A stretch of DNA of 33,939 nt, taken from positions 167,318,111 to 167,352,049 of the forward strand of contig NC_068983.1 of assembly GCF_001194135.2 (NCBI RefSeq), in the 5' to 3' direction. The first letter of the stretch is position 1. The number at the start of each line of letters is the position of its first letter. Made by a program: the position numbers and the translations under genes. Source of the DNA: Octopus bimaculoides. Its lineage: Eukaryota. Positions 1 through 10,023 of this stretch are shown piece by piece. The notes under the pieces were generated by a model that worked only from the letters and a program-made list of their open reading frames with translations, was not told the origin of the DNA and made no database searches.

Positions 1-41
<41 letters not shown>

Positions 42-63
42 TATACACACGTATATATATATT
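1..63. repeat. (TA)n microsatellite
   Basis: Direct: TA dinucleotide run with minor CA interruptions. Confidence 0.95.
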
Positions 64-139
64 TTTTATTTTTTTATTTATGGGTTTCAGCCAAGTGGCT
101 GTGGTCATGCTGGAGCACCACCGTGATTTTTTGTCTATG

Positions 140-638
140 TGCTTTGCTCTCTTCACGTTCCTTGCATGGCTCTTCTCCTGCACCTGATATAGTCCAATCA
201 AGAGTTTTGATGCCACATCTGGTGTATAAGAGAATTTGACATAGCTGCCCTAAACTGCGTCTCATTACGAGCCATTGGTTCGTCTGGTATCGTGGAGAGG
301 AAAGCGTCGAGTTTTGTCTTGAAGACTTCCACATCCGTGTCTTGCAGGTCTCTCAAATGTTTTGGCAGGGCATTGAAGAGCTGAGGTCCTCTGGAACCGA
401 CGTTGCTGCAATATCTTGTTCTTATGTGAGATGCAGTGGACGGCACTTTTGGCACCATGCAGTGGCGACCCGTGCGGGCATTCCTGTAGTACTTGATGCC
501 AAAGTTCGGCACCAGTCCTTCCAGTATTTTCCATATGTATATTATTACATATCTCTCCCGCCTGCGTTCCAGGGAGTAGAGACCTAGTGCCTGCAATCGC
601 TTCCTGTAGTTTATCTGCTGGACCGTGGCGATCTTTTT

Positions 639-642
<4 letters not shown>
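140..642 (-). mobile_element. 5'-truncated CR1-group non-LTR retrotransposon, ORF2 C-terminus plus 3'UTR
   Basis: Minus-strand frame (stop at 198-200) reads TKKIATVQQINYRKRLQALGLYSLERRRERYVIIYIWKILEGLVPN...RGPQLFNALPKHLR...VFKTKLDAFLSTIPDEP. This matches the post-RT region of CR1/L2-group LINEs (L.LYSLERRR.R, GP.LFN.LP, FK.KLD.FL). The upstream part of the ORF-track entry is microsatellite. Confidence 0.85.
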
Positions 643-678
<36 letters not shown>

Positions 679-892
679 TATAAGCAATGATAAATCTCTG
701 AACGAGGTATAAATAGTAACTGCACGACAACATGAAGTATATTTGCCACTTAAATGTGGCTAAACCCTAAGGGTGAATGTTACTGTTGCTTTTAGCCCCA
801 GGAGAACATCTCCTCCAGCTGGCTATTGACACACATCTGTGTCCTGTCTATTTACAAAGGGAAGTCATCCCTCCCATCTTGATTATGTGATA

Positions 893-935
893 CGCACGGA
901 CAAGTTTCTGGGTATTAACCCTTCATCAGCGTACG
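893..935 (-). ncRNA. Minimal type I hammerhead ribozyme motif (Penelope/retrozyme-like)
   Basis: Minus strand reads cgtacg CTGATGA agggttaataccca GAAA cttgTC cgtgcg. It has both core boxes, stem I cgtacg/cgtgcg (6 bp, one G-U), stem II gggt/accc, a vestigial stem III and a GUC triplet. The base of stem II is an A-A mismatch. Confidence 0.6.
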
Positions 936-967
936 GCAATCACCGATCTTCGATGCAAATACAGACA

Positions 968-1028
968 GGACTGAGGACTCCAGTTTGGATGCCCTTCTGA
1001 GCGCCAGCCACTCCTAGAGTGTAGTGGG
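968..1028 (-). mobile_element. RTE-3'-tail-like segment, internally deleted
   Basis: Minus strand cccactacactctaggagtggctggcgctcagaagggcatcca...actggag...tcctcagtc resembles the RTE tail at 27595-27715. Confidence 0.55.
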
Positions 1029-1059
1029 TATGAATATATATATATATATATAAAGCGAA

Positions 1060-1160
1060 ACCTTGATGGCACCTGTCCCAGTGGAGCACTAAGAGCACTG
1101 TCCGAGCATGATCGTTGCCAGAGAAACCGTCTGGCACGTAAATAGCACCATTTGAGTTGA
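1060..1160 (+). mobile_element. RTE LINE 3'UTR fragment
   Basis: gagcatgatcgttgccag and ggcacgtaaatagcaccatttgag match the repeated 3'UTR unit at 14514-14610 and 27535-27600. Confidence 0.65.
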
Positions 1161-1295
1161 TTATATCAATTCCAAAGTCCAAGTTGATTTCAGTGACATT
1201 TGAACTCTGAACATAAGTCATTTGTCCAGTGCAGCAACAATTCTGCCAGTTTGCTGCCTTAATAACAACAACAATTATAATAGATTTAAAATGAT

Positions 1296-1301
1296 TTTAT
1301 T
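1296..1301 (-). terminator. Candidate polyadenylation signal AATAAA
   Basis: Plus-strand tttatt, with a U/GU-rich downstream element on the minus strand. Other AATAAA-like motifs in this AT-rich region cannot be excluded. Confidence 0.4.
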
Positions 1302-1770
1302 TTTACAATAGAAAAGAAAATATAGTTTTTGTAATTATTTTGTATTTGGTTTCACTTTTTCCATTAATTAATATCTTATTAATTTGTTTTAAAGACAATA
1401 AGTTTACTTTCAGCAAAAGATGTCAAGTTTTTGGGTAACTATTTACATAGAAGGGGTGCACATGCAAGTAAGGTATGTGTCGATGCAGATTTAAGGCAGT
1501 GCTTTTGATGTCTAATGTAATAACCCAGTGAAATCAAATGAAGGCCAAAGAAAATTATCAAAGCGTGTAGGAATTCTACCAAAACATCATGCAACATTGT
1601 AGATTAACTGAAACTATTGTTTTCAGGGACATAAAAGACTGATATATATGAATATTATTTGAAAGTAAAAGAAAACAGTATGACTGGGGCGGCGGCGTGT
1701 ATGTGTATATATATTTTCGTTTTACAAGGAAAAAGCCAACTACTTCAAAGTTTTGGTTTGCTCACCTTTG

Positions 1771-1812
1771 ACAATGGTAAAGCAATGGTAAAGCAATGGT
1801 AAAGCAATGGTA
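1771..1812. repeat. 11-bp minisatellite (caatggtaaag) x about 3.7
   Basis: Direct: acaatggtaaagcaatggtaaagcaatggtaaagcaatggta. Confidence 0.9.
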
Positions 1813-2059
1813 GCAACTTTGAAGTCACTTGTCAAGCCTTTTGTTTCCTTGTAAAACATGTTTTCTAAAAAAAAAGTACTGAGTAAGTCCTTCAGTTTAA
1901 TAAATTGTTTTTATAACTTGACATCTATATAAAATAAAATGTGTATGTCTAATCTTCAATTGAAAGATAAAGAGATGTTAAATAGGAAATAAATAGTAGA
2001 AGGCAACTGTTGGTAGAGAGATAGAGGTTTTGATTTTTTGCTTTGGCAGGTTTGAATTT

Positions 2060-2148
2060 TCAAGACGAAGTACTCGCTACTGACTTGTACTTGGTGAAGA
2101 TGTCATATAAGACACGCAATGTTGCTATCAGGTCACAATTGACAATGT
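2060..2148 (-). CDS. parvin: Parvin last coding exon (end of CH2 domain)
   Basis: Acceptor tttcttttaaactttcag, then ACATTGTC...TCTTGA. With 1 nt from the previous exon it reads DIVNCDLIATLRVLYDIFTKYKSVASTSS*, versus human alpha-parvin DIVNCDLKSTLRVLYNLFTKYRNVE*. Phase matches the 8219-8291 exon. Confidence 0.95.
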
Positions 2149-2228
2149 CTGAAAGTTTAAAAGAAAGAAAAACATTTTAGAATAGGAATTACACACACAC
2201 ACACAAAGTCAATAATAAAGAATATGCA

Positions 2229-2375
2229 GGGCATGGTTGTGGGGGGGTTAAGAAGCGTGCTTCCCAAGCACAGGCCAGTGGCATGGTCCCTTTGGACAAG
2301 TGTCTTCTTCTGTAGCGCCAGATTGACCAATGTCTTGTGAGTAGATGGAAACAGAAAGAAGCCCCTTGTATATAC
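2229..2375 (+). mobile_element. tRNA-derived CORE-type SINE (octopus OR2-like), diverged
   Basis: taagaagcgtgcttccca...ttggacaagtgtcttct...cttgtgagtagatggaaacagaaagaagccc, shared with about 10 other copies in the window. Confidence 0.7.
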
Positions 2376-2839
2376 AAGGGTGATAAATCACAAGAACAAC
2401 TGATGGAATCAGTTCAATAAAAGGAATGATTGACTGAAACCTGTTGTTATTGATCTTTCTTTGACTAAGTATAAAATCAGTTTCTTTAGAAAAGTACAGA
2501 TTTAAAATACTAACCCCAGTATATTACTGATATCCAGCTGATTGACCCAATAGGACAACTAATGCAGTAGTGAGCCTAGTTCAATTTACAGGGAAGTATT
2601 TTATGTGGTATTCTAAGTGTTTTAGCCATTTCTCCAGATTTAATGGTTATTACTATTCTATGTTATCTGTAAAACAAAATTTCACAAATAAAAATGTTTT
2701 AATGGCTTTAAGCTCTTGGCTATGTCATCCAATGATCAATATTATGTTCTGTACTCACTGCTTTATTCTGAAGCATATGGATCTTAGTACTGATATACTA
2801 TTTCCACTTCGGGTATGTTAACTGCTGGTGTCATGTAGC

Positions 2840-2935
2840 TGATGTTAGGAAGGGCATCCAACCACAGAAACCATGCTGAAGCCGACAGTGTTGCCCGGCG
2901 TGCCCCCCCCCCCAACCACATGCCAAATGATGATA
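2840..2935 (+). mobile_element. RTE 3' tail fragment, diverged
   Basis: gttaggaagggcatcca...agaaaccatgc...aaccacatgcc...atgatga. Confidence 0.65.
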
Positions 2936-4823
2936 TATATCAAATTTTATCTCCCAATGCCACGTTGAGTACTCATTCTCATTCTTCGACGTATTGCAGG
3001 AATCAATAGAAAGTCAATTTAATTTTGTAGCAATAAACAAAACAGGCTTAGAATTGTATTAAGTTGTCTGTTGAAAAGAACTGAAGAAATGCAGTTCTAA
3101 ATTTGTTTTAATGACCCCCATTTTCTATGCTTAAAGGGTCGGAGAAAATTCACTGAGACTGATTTTCTACAACCACATTCCCCTTCCTGTTTTGTTCATG
3201 GTTAAACAGGTTTTCATGGGAAATAAATGATAGCATTTTTACAACGGTGATGCTTTTCTGAGCTTCCTAGGTTGGTGGTCCCTTCTCGCCCAAACACTCA
3301 ATCCCTAGGCCCTTAACTAAATCCACTGTTGTAATTTTTCTCTCTGTATCATTAAAGTGTGTATATGAGGGCATAGCGTTGTGCAAATGCATGTCTCATT
3401 TGCTGTTGTGTGTTAATGTGTCTTTTGCTCATCTATAGATAGGGAGTTTGTGTTGGTGAAAGGGAGTCCCAGTGCACTTAGGTAATGTGGTCGTACTTCT
3501 TACAAACTAAGCGAAAAAAAAAAGCTACAATCGAGATTGTTTTTGAAAATATTAAAAGCTTCTGACAGATGCTAATCAATTATTTGCACAATATATCGTC
3601 TGCAGGTTAAGCAAATCATGCAGATACTTCGATGGATGAAAATTGTGAGCAATGCAGAACAATAAAATTGACAACGACTATAGCAGCAACAACAACAACT
3701 AGTTGCTACTTAGTTCTACTAATTAAGAAAACTACTTCTAAATGATTATTACAAGTAACTTAAGAATAGTAACATTTTATTAAGTATAGAAATCTGACAA
3801 TATAAAATGTCCTTAACATAAGCAAGTAACAGCGAGCAAGCAACAAAGAATCTCTAATAAGATGACATTGCAGGTCACAAAACGAAGAAGATAATTATTT
3901 ATAGTAGACTTTTTTTTTTCTTTTTTTTATTCTGATGCAGGAACGGATATGAAAATGTCAGCAGAAAGAATAAATGATATATTGTATTCTTTTTTAGAAC
4001 TCATACCATCAAGAAGATAACAAAGAACTGAGGTAGCAATGCAAGTGTATTCCAAACAGGTTTGGGTTTTGTTTTTATTGTCTGCAGTTTATTACTTTAC
4101 TTTGGTTTTTGTTTATTTTGCTTTTAACAATTCTGGCTTTGGTGGTTAAATAAGATGAAATTTCAGATGCTGCAGACAGACAGGTTTGAACATGAATGAT
4201 CAGTTTTTGAAGGATGGGGGAGGTGGAGGAGAGGTCAATTAGTAACTAACAGTAATAAACAGGGTGAAAGATAATGGTTCTTTTTAGCAGAGGACTGAGT
4301 TGTGTAGTATTAGACATAATAGGAGGTGGGGGGTGGGGGTGACAACAGATGATAGTTAAGAATACAACAAACAAAGCAAAGACTAGATGTGACTGCAATA
4401 GAAGACAACTATTTGAAGAAGCTGCTCTGTCTGTTAGAAATAGCAGCCAAGTCTAAAAAAATGGAAGGACATAATGGTAATAAAAGACTGACTGGGTGGT
4501 CATGGTAGGAAATGAATAAATGGCTCTACTGCTTGGTCAAATCTGACCATTATTTAATCCTGAGTTGCACTTTAATAATGGGTACAGTTTTGGTTGGAGA
4601 ATGCAAAACTAGGAAGCGACAAGCTTTTGCATTTACAGTTCCCTTAATTGGCAGAAACTTGTGGGGGGGGGGGATCACTCATGCACCTTGCAGGTAACTT
4701 ATGCTGACCTTTTAACAGGTAGGATTTCAAATGAAATTCTTCCTGCTAAAGGGTACTCGTGAGTTCAAAGGATTAAGCTGCAATCTAAACTGTCACCTCT
4801 GGGATAACCTGCATGTGTCAGAT

Positions 4824-4978
4824 CATTTAATGTCCGTTTTCCATGCTGGTATGGGTTGGATGGGTTGACAGGAGGAAGGCAAGCTGAATTGTATGCTTTT
4901 GCATGGCTTCTATGGGGGGGATGCCCTTCCTAATGCCAACCACTTTACATGGTGTACTGGGTGCTTTTCACATGTGTG
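4824..4978 (-). mobile_element. RTE 3' tail fragment
   Basis: Reverse complement of the tail: aatgtccgttttccatgctgg...atgcccttcctaatgccaaccac...gggtgctttt. Confidence 0.75.
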
Positions 4979-4997
4979 AGCATGAATCTCTTACTTT

Positions 4998-5180
4998 GTT
5001 TCAGTTAATGGACTTCAGCCATGCTGGAGCACCACCTTGAAGGCTTTCAGTCAAACAAATGGGGATCCAAAGACTTGGATTTTTTTAAAAAGTCTACTTA
5101 TTCTATAACAGCTACAGGGACATGCACAAACCAACACCAATTGTCAAGTAGTGGAGCAAGGACAAAAACAGACATGCCTA
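4998..5180 (-). mobile_element. SINE 3' portion (same family as 23622-23975)
   Basis: gtttcag...gccatgctggagcaccaccttgaagg...aaaccaacacc...gtcaagt...gacaaaaacagac. Confidence 0.65.
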
Positions 5181-5229
5181 TATGACAGGCTTTCACCCAG
5201 ATGTAAAGCAGTACAACTTGTAGCATGGT

Positions 5230-5625
5230 CAGGTTGTCGATGGCTAAAACTGACAACCCAACCGAATCTACTTGGTGAGGAGGTTGGTTTTTGTTGGACA
5301 CCCTGCAGGATGGAAATGAAAACCTGTTGAAGGGCAGGTGAACACAGGTGAGTCAACGGCAACTCATAGAAGGAAAACTGATGTAACAGCTGCAATTTTG
5401 ATTGTGTCCAATGATGAAGGAGGCACAGGCATCACTCTATTGTGTGTTGCATACTACGGCTGGCTGTAAGTGAGAAAGACAAAACACTTCTCTGAACATC
5501 TTCTGCAAGAGGTGCCCATCATTGCCACATCAATGCAAAAGTGTCAAGCCTCTAGCAAGACTGGAAATCCACAGCTGTGCAGCTTGTGTTTAAAAGAACA
5601 GTCGACTGAGAGCATAGTTTGCAAT
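5230..5625 (-). mobile_element. Possible old RTE-like LINE 3' remnant
   Basis: Frameshifted minus-strand pieces IDVAM / WAPLAED loosely resemble the RTE ORF C-terminal ID...W..LAED motif. Heavily decayed. Confidence 0.3.
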
Positions 5626-5844
5626 CAAGTTGCAATAATCATGTATGCATGTTTTTTTCTTTACTAGTTTCAGTTACTGGTCTATGGCCATGCTAGAGCA
5701 CAGCCATTATACTGCTCTACAACTTAGTTTATCAAAAGACAATGTTTGAATTTTTTCTCCTTTTCCAACATAAAAAAAAAAAGATGCAACTCACTGCACC
5801 AAATAATGCTAATCGACACACATGTATATGGGACATCTTTGTTT

Positions 5845-5980
5845 AGCTTTTATCTGCCAAATCCCCTTCCGAAGGCTTTGGTTGGCTGGGGGCTGCAATA
5901 GAAGGCACTTGCCCAAGGTGCCATACTGTGGGAGTGAACTCCAAACCACTTAGTTGGGAAGTGAACTTCTTAACCACGCC
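5845..5980 (-). mobile_element. CORE-type SINE (OR2-like)
   Basis: ccaaatcc...gaaggctttggttgg...gcaatagaaggcacttgcccaaggtgccatactgtgggagtgaac...gaagtgaacttcttaaccac. Confidence 0.8.
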
Positions 5981-6359
5981 TATTATATATATATNNNNNN
6001 NNNNNNNNNNNNNNNNNNNNNNNNNNNNNNNNNNNNNNNNNNNNNNATATGTATATATATATATATATATGTATATAATATTGATAAAGGAAATGGAGGA
6101 TGGGTTGAGTAGGAATCTTTATTCCTCACAACGGTTGTTTCAACCCATCCTGCATCTGTCTCATGAAACGATTGTCGTGCTGAATAAAGGATTCATACTA
6201 AATCCATCTTCTGTTTCCTTTATTAATTACAGACTCAACAAACACTGCAGATTTCCTGATGTAGATCCAATGAAAATTATATCGTAATGGTGGATGGTAT
6301 CAGGTAGCTCAAATGGTGAATGTGCTTTAATTGACACACTAACACCTGAAGTCCAAGTA

Positions 6360-6503
6360 TGAGTGGTTGGCGTTAGGAAGGGCATCCAGCTGTAGAAACT
6401 CTGCCAAATTAGATTGGAGCCTGGTGTTGCCATCCGGTTTCACCAGTCCTCAGTCAAATCGTCCAACCCATGCTAGCATGGAAAGCGGACGTTAAACGAT
6501 GAT

Positions 6504-6505
<2 letters not shown>
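6360..6505 (+). mobile_element. Young, extremely 5'-truncated RTE 3' tail
   Basis: Identical to 27609-27754 apart from 2 substitutions by my alignment. Ends in gatgatga followed by (TA)n. Confidence 0.9.
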
Positions 6506-6549
<44 letters not shown>

Positions 6550-6572
6550 CATGATATGTAGAGAGAGAGAGA
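6506..6572. repeat. (TA)n and (GA)n microsatellites
   Basis: Direct. Confidence 0.9.
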
Positions 6573-7659
6573 TATTTAAATTAACAAAATAGTTTCATTT
6601 TTCACATAATTTGCGTTTGTATTTTTGTTAATATCTATTAATAAAATAGATTGCTGCAATTGTGCATTAGAAATAACTTGAGGGACGGATATCAACAAAA
6701 ATCTACAGAGTAAGAGGGGTGGGGGGCAAGGGAGTGTGTGTGTACGTGCATGCATATAAAAATGGTGCATCTGAAAGTAAGTGGAGAATCTAACCAACTG
6801 AAGTAGAAAAGAAAGAATTAGCAAAGATGAAGTTTGTTTCAAAACCAAAACAGCTCTTGGAATAATGTTGTTTCAGAATTCAAGTCAAAAACAGAGCAGA
6901 ATGAAGTAAAGAAGACATCTGTAAAGTGAATTAGAACTTCATGATTGTCTGATATTCACCATGGGAATTAAGTGCAGGATAACTAAATGAATTTAAGGAA
7001 TAGATTCTGAGTTATGGAGTCACAATGGGAGCTGGCAGCATGAAAAAAGTATCCAAGAAAGATTTCTGATTGGATTAAACCAGCAGAATGTCTTAAGAAG
7101 AATCAGGAAAAACTGTAGAAATATCTAATCTGTTCATAGGGAGTAATTAGCATGGTAATTATGTCTTAACGAAGAGATCTTCTCTCACACTGCATCGGTA
7201 TATTCAAACAACTACCTGACACTAAGGAATTATGTCACTGCTGCTGCCACCTAGAATTGAGAAGCCTATATAGGTTGTCATTTAATCTGCTAGAAATAGT
7301 AGCCAAATCATACATCCCAACCCCATCAAATTCTTTTTTTCTTTCTTAATTACTGAGTCTATGGAAGGGGCAGAGCCCACAAACTTTACAGGTCTCTTGT
7401 AATGATTTGTTTAAACTGTTATAGTCAATACCTGTAAGAAGAATGTTCTGGAGATGAAGGATTGGGTACAGAGGGGGGGGGGGGCTAGCCAATTTTGAGA
7501 AACAGGTGCCGTTATATTATCAATATTAGTGGGAGAGAAAAAGGAAAGATGAGAAGAAGCTGGAGTGTTCTAAAGACAAAATGACTGGAATAAGAGGTCT
7601 GCTGCAAGAGAAACATTAACGACTATTTGGTACGCACACAACAAAGGAGCATCAACAGG

Positions 7660-7790
7660 GTTATATGACTGGCTAGAAATAGCAACCAAATCTCTTTCAA
7701 ATTAAATCTTACAAAAGGATACATCAGGTAATGTTGTGTTCTTTTTTTTAAAGAGAGAACAGATGGGATGGTCACCGTCAGAATACTTCT
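7660..7790 (+). repeat. Unclassified interspersed repeat (ctagaaatagcagccaaatc family)
   Basis: Related segments at about 4430-4510 (+), 7280-7330 (+) and 21100-21200 (-). Confidence 0.5.
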
Positions 7791-8069
7791 TTTACAGTGA
7801 TTGTAAAGAAGGGAAAGGAAGGATTCTATACAGCCTTCACCATATTAATAATCCCAGAACATAGTTTTCAGCTAGGACCACAGCATGATGGAAGTTTGAT
7901 TCATAATTACAAGACTCTACGTTCACTCCCACTGCTTGGCATTCTTGGTAAAAAGTGAAAACAGCAAAGTCATGTTTACATTCCCTGTCGAGAATACATC
8001 CTGTTTTGGGGTTTGTGAAGTTTAAGGAGATTGAAAAAAAACATTCCTCACTTGACAAATAGGGATGGA

Positions 8070-8160
8070 GACAGGAAGGGCATCTAGTTATAAATAAATT
8101 ACTGTCTCAACTATTCATCTAACCCATACAGGCATGGAAAAACTGACATATGACGAATGA
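8070..8160 (+). mobile_element. RTE 3' tail fragment, diverged
   Basis: gacaggaagggcatcta...taacccatacaggcatggaaaaactgaca. Confidence 0.6.
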
Positions 8161-8218
8161 ATAAATATATAGACACAGACACATGCATATAATGCGAAGA
8201 CAGTTGATCCTTGCTCAC

Positions 8219-8291
8219 CTTCAACTCTTGCTGATGGTTTCTGTAGACCGGCATCTTGCATTAATTCAAAGGCAAATTGCACATTGTGCAC
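8219..8291 (-). CDS. parvin: Parvin penultimate exon (CH2 domain)
   Basis: Acceptor ttttcttcatttcag, 73-nt exon GTGCACAAT...GTTGAAG, donor gtgagc. Translates VHNVQFAFELMQDAGLQKPSARVE(D), versus human alpha-parvin VLNVSFAFELMQDGGLEKPKPRPED. Phase 0 start and phase 1 end, joining 2148 in frame. Confidence 0.96.
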
Positions 8292-9247
8292 CTGAAATGA
8301 AGAAAATTATTGATTAATCAGTATGATCAGAAGAGCCAATAAATGGCAATAGATCACCGAGCAGAAAAAAAAAAAAAAATAAAGGATTGAAGATAACTGG
8401 GAGTAACAGAGATTACACACCGAGGAAGGTTTGGATGTTAAATAGGGGTGGTTTGATTAAAGATGCTTTCATAATATATCACACTGACAATATGTTTTCA
8501 ATTAAACTAATCTGCATTATCTTCTCTTTTAGTATTAACCCCTTCGATTTGAACTTTGTCATCAATTGGTAGCAACTTTTCTAATAACCATTAAACAAAA
8601 CATTGATATTTCTGTTTTGAAAACAGTTATATAAACTTTGGCAATGCATAACATTACAGTAATGAACCAATCAAAAGAGTTCATTGCAAAGAAATACAGA
8701 AATAAATAATTCTCAAAAGGTGCCAGTAAAAAAAAAAGAGAGAAAGAAAAGAAAAGAAAAAGAGGGTGATATTGAATGTGAGAGTTGAGAAGGTAGAAAA
8801 AGGAAGAAGTTGCCAAATTTGAGGTATAAAAGAGTGAGTCATGAATCTGTCAGATGAGAAGGAGGGAGAAAGGGAGCCAATCTTCATGGTTGGCTTGTTA
8901 GCAAGAAATAGCTCTTTGTTAGCCATTTTAGCTTTGACAGTTTGACCCCTATTGTAACATTTAGGTTCTAATAATTAAGAAAAATTCTAAAATATATTTA
9001 ACAGGAGGCTGTAAGAGCATCAGGGATAACCTTTCCACCCACTTTCCCAGGCTTGTATCAGGCAGATGGAATTTCAAAAACCAGATTTTCTACAGCCAGG
9101 ATGCCTGTTGCCAACACTCATTTCTATTCCGTGCAATATTTTCCCAAGCCTGGATACAAAGGACATGCTTTTAAGATGGTGACAATCGTTTGTCACTCTT
9201 ACACGAAGGCAACGGGACACAAACACCCGCCACACCCATAAGATGGG

Positions 9248-9375
9248 CTTCCACACAAGTTTCCGTCAACCGAATCCACTCACAAGGTTTTGCTCAACCT
9301 AAAACTATAGTAGAAGACACTTGGCCAAGGTGCCATGCAGTAGGACTGAGATTAGACGGAACAAGTTCTTACCTA
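9248..9375 (-). mobile_element. CORE-type SINE (OR2-like)
   Basis: tttccgtcaaccgaatccactcacaagg...ctatagtagaagacacttggccaaggtgccatgcagtaggactga...gttcttacc. Confidence 0.8.
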
Positions 9376-10023
9376 TCGTAATCATACGCCTAATTACTTC
9401 TGATTTGAAAGTAATTAAAAAATTCTTTCTCTTCCTTCGTGTCACATTGATTACNNNNNNNNNNNNNNNNNNNNNNNNNNNNNNNNNNNNNNNNNNNNNN
9501 NNNNNNNNNNNNNNNNNNNNNNNNNNNNNNNNNNNNNNNNNNNNNNNNNNNNNNNNNNNNNNNNNNNNNNNNNNNNNNNNNNNNNNNNNNNNNNNNNNNN
9601 NNNNNNNNNNNNNNNNNNNNNNNNNNNNNNNNNNNNNNNNNNNNNNNNNNNNNNNNNNNNNNNNNNNNNNNNNNNNNNNNNNNNNNNNNNNNNNNNNNNN
9701 NNNNNNNNNNNNNNNNNNNNNNNNNNNNNNNNNNNNNNNNNNNNNNNNNNNNNNNNNNNNNNNNNNNNNNNNNNNNNNNNNNNNNNNNNNNNNNNNNNNN
9801 NNNNNNNNNNNNNNNNNNNNNNNNNNNNNNNNNNNNNNNNNNNNNNNNNNNNNNNNNNNNNNNNNNNNNNNNNNNNNNNNNNNNNNNNNNNNNNNNNNNN
9901 NNNNNNNNNNNNNNNNNNNNNNNNNNNNNNNNNNNNNNNNNNNNNNNNNNNNNNNNNNNNNNNNNNNNNNNNNNNNNNNNNNNNNNNNNNNNNNNNNNNN
10001 NNNNNNNNNNNNNNNNNNNNNNN

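Larger units (their letters stand above)
1280..2059 (-). other. Probable parvin 3'UTR
   Basis: Follows the parvin stop codon. AATAAA on the minus strand at 1296-1301 is followed by a U/GU-rich tract (ttttaaatctattataattgttgttgttatt). The end position is inferred. Confidence 0.5.

Noticed and set aside
1766-1864. Minus-strand pseudo-exon with ttttag acceptor and gtgag donor
   Set aside because: It lies after the parvin stop, its open frame runs through the minisatellite, and I see no protein similarity.
1950-2062. Possible stop-codon readthrough or selenocysteine at the parvin TGA
   Set aside because: The context is TGA-AAA, not TGA-CTA. The extension is low-complexity and the UTR hairpin lacks a recognisable SECIS quartet.
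3941-4020. Plus-strand acceptor followed by a short frame (GTDMKMSAERINDILYSFLELIPSRR*)
   Set aside because: No recognisable homology and no partner exons.
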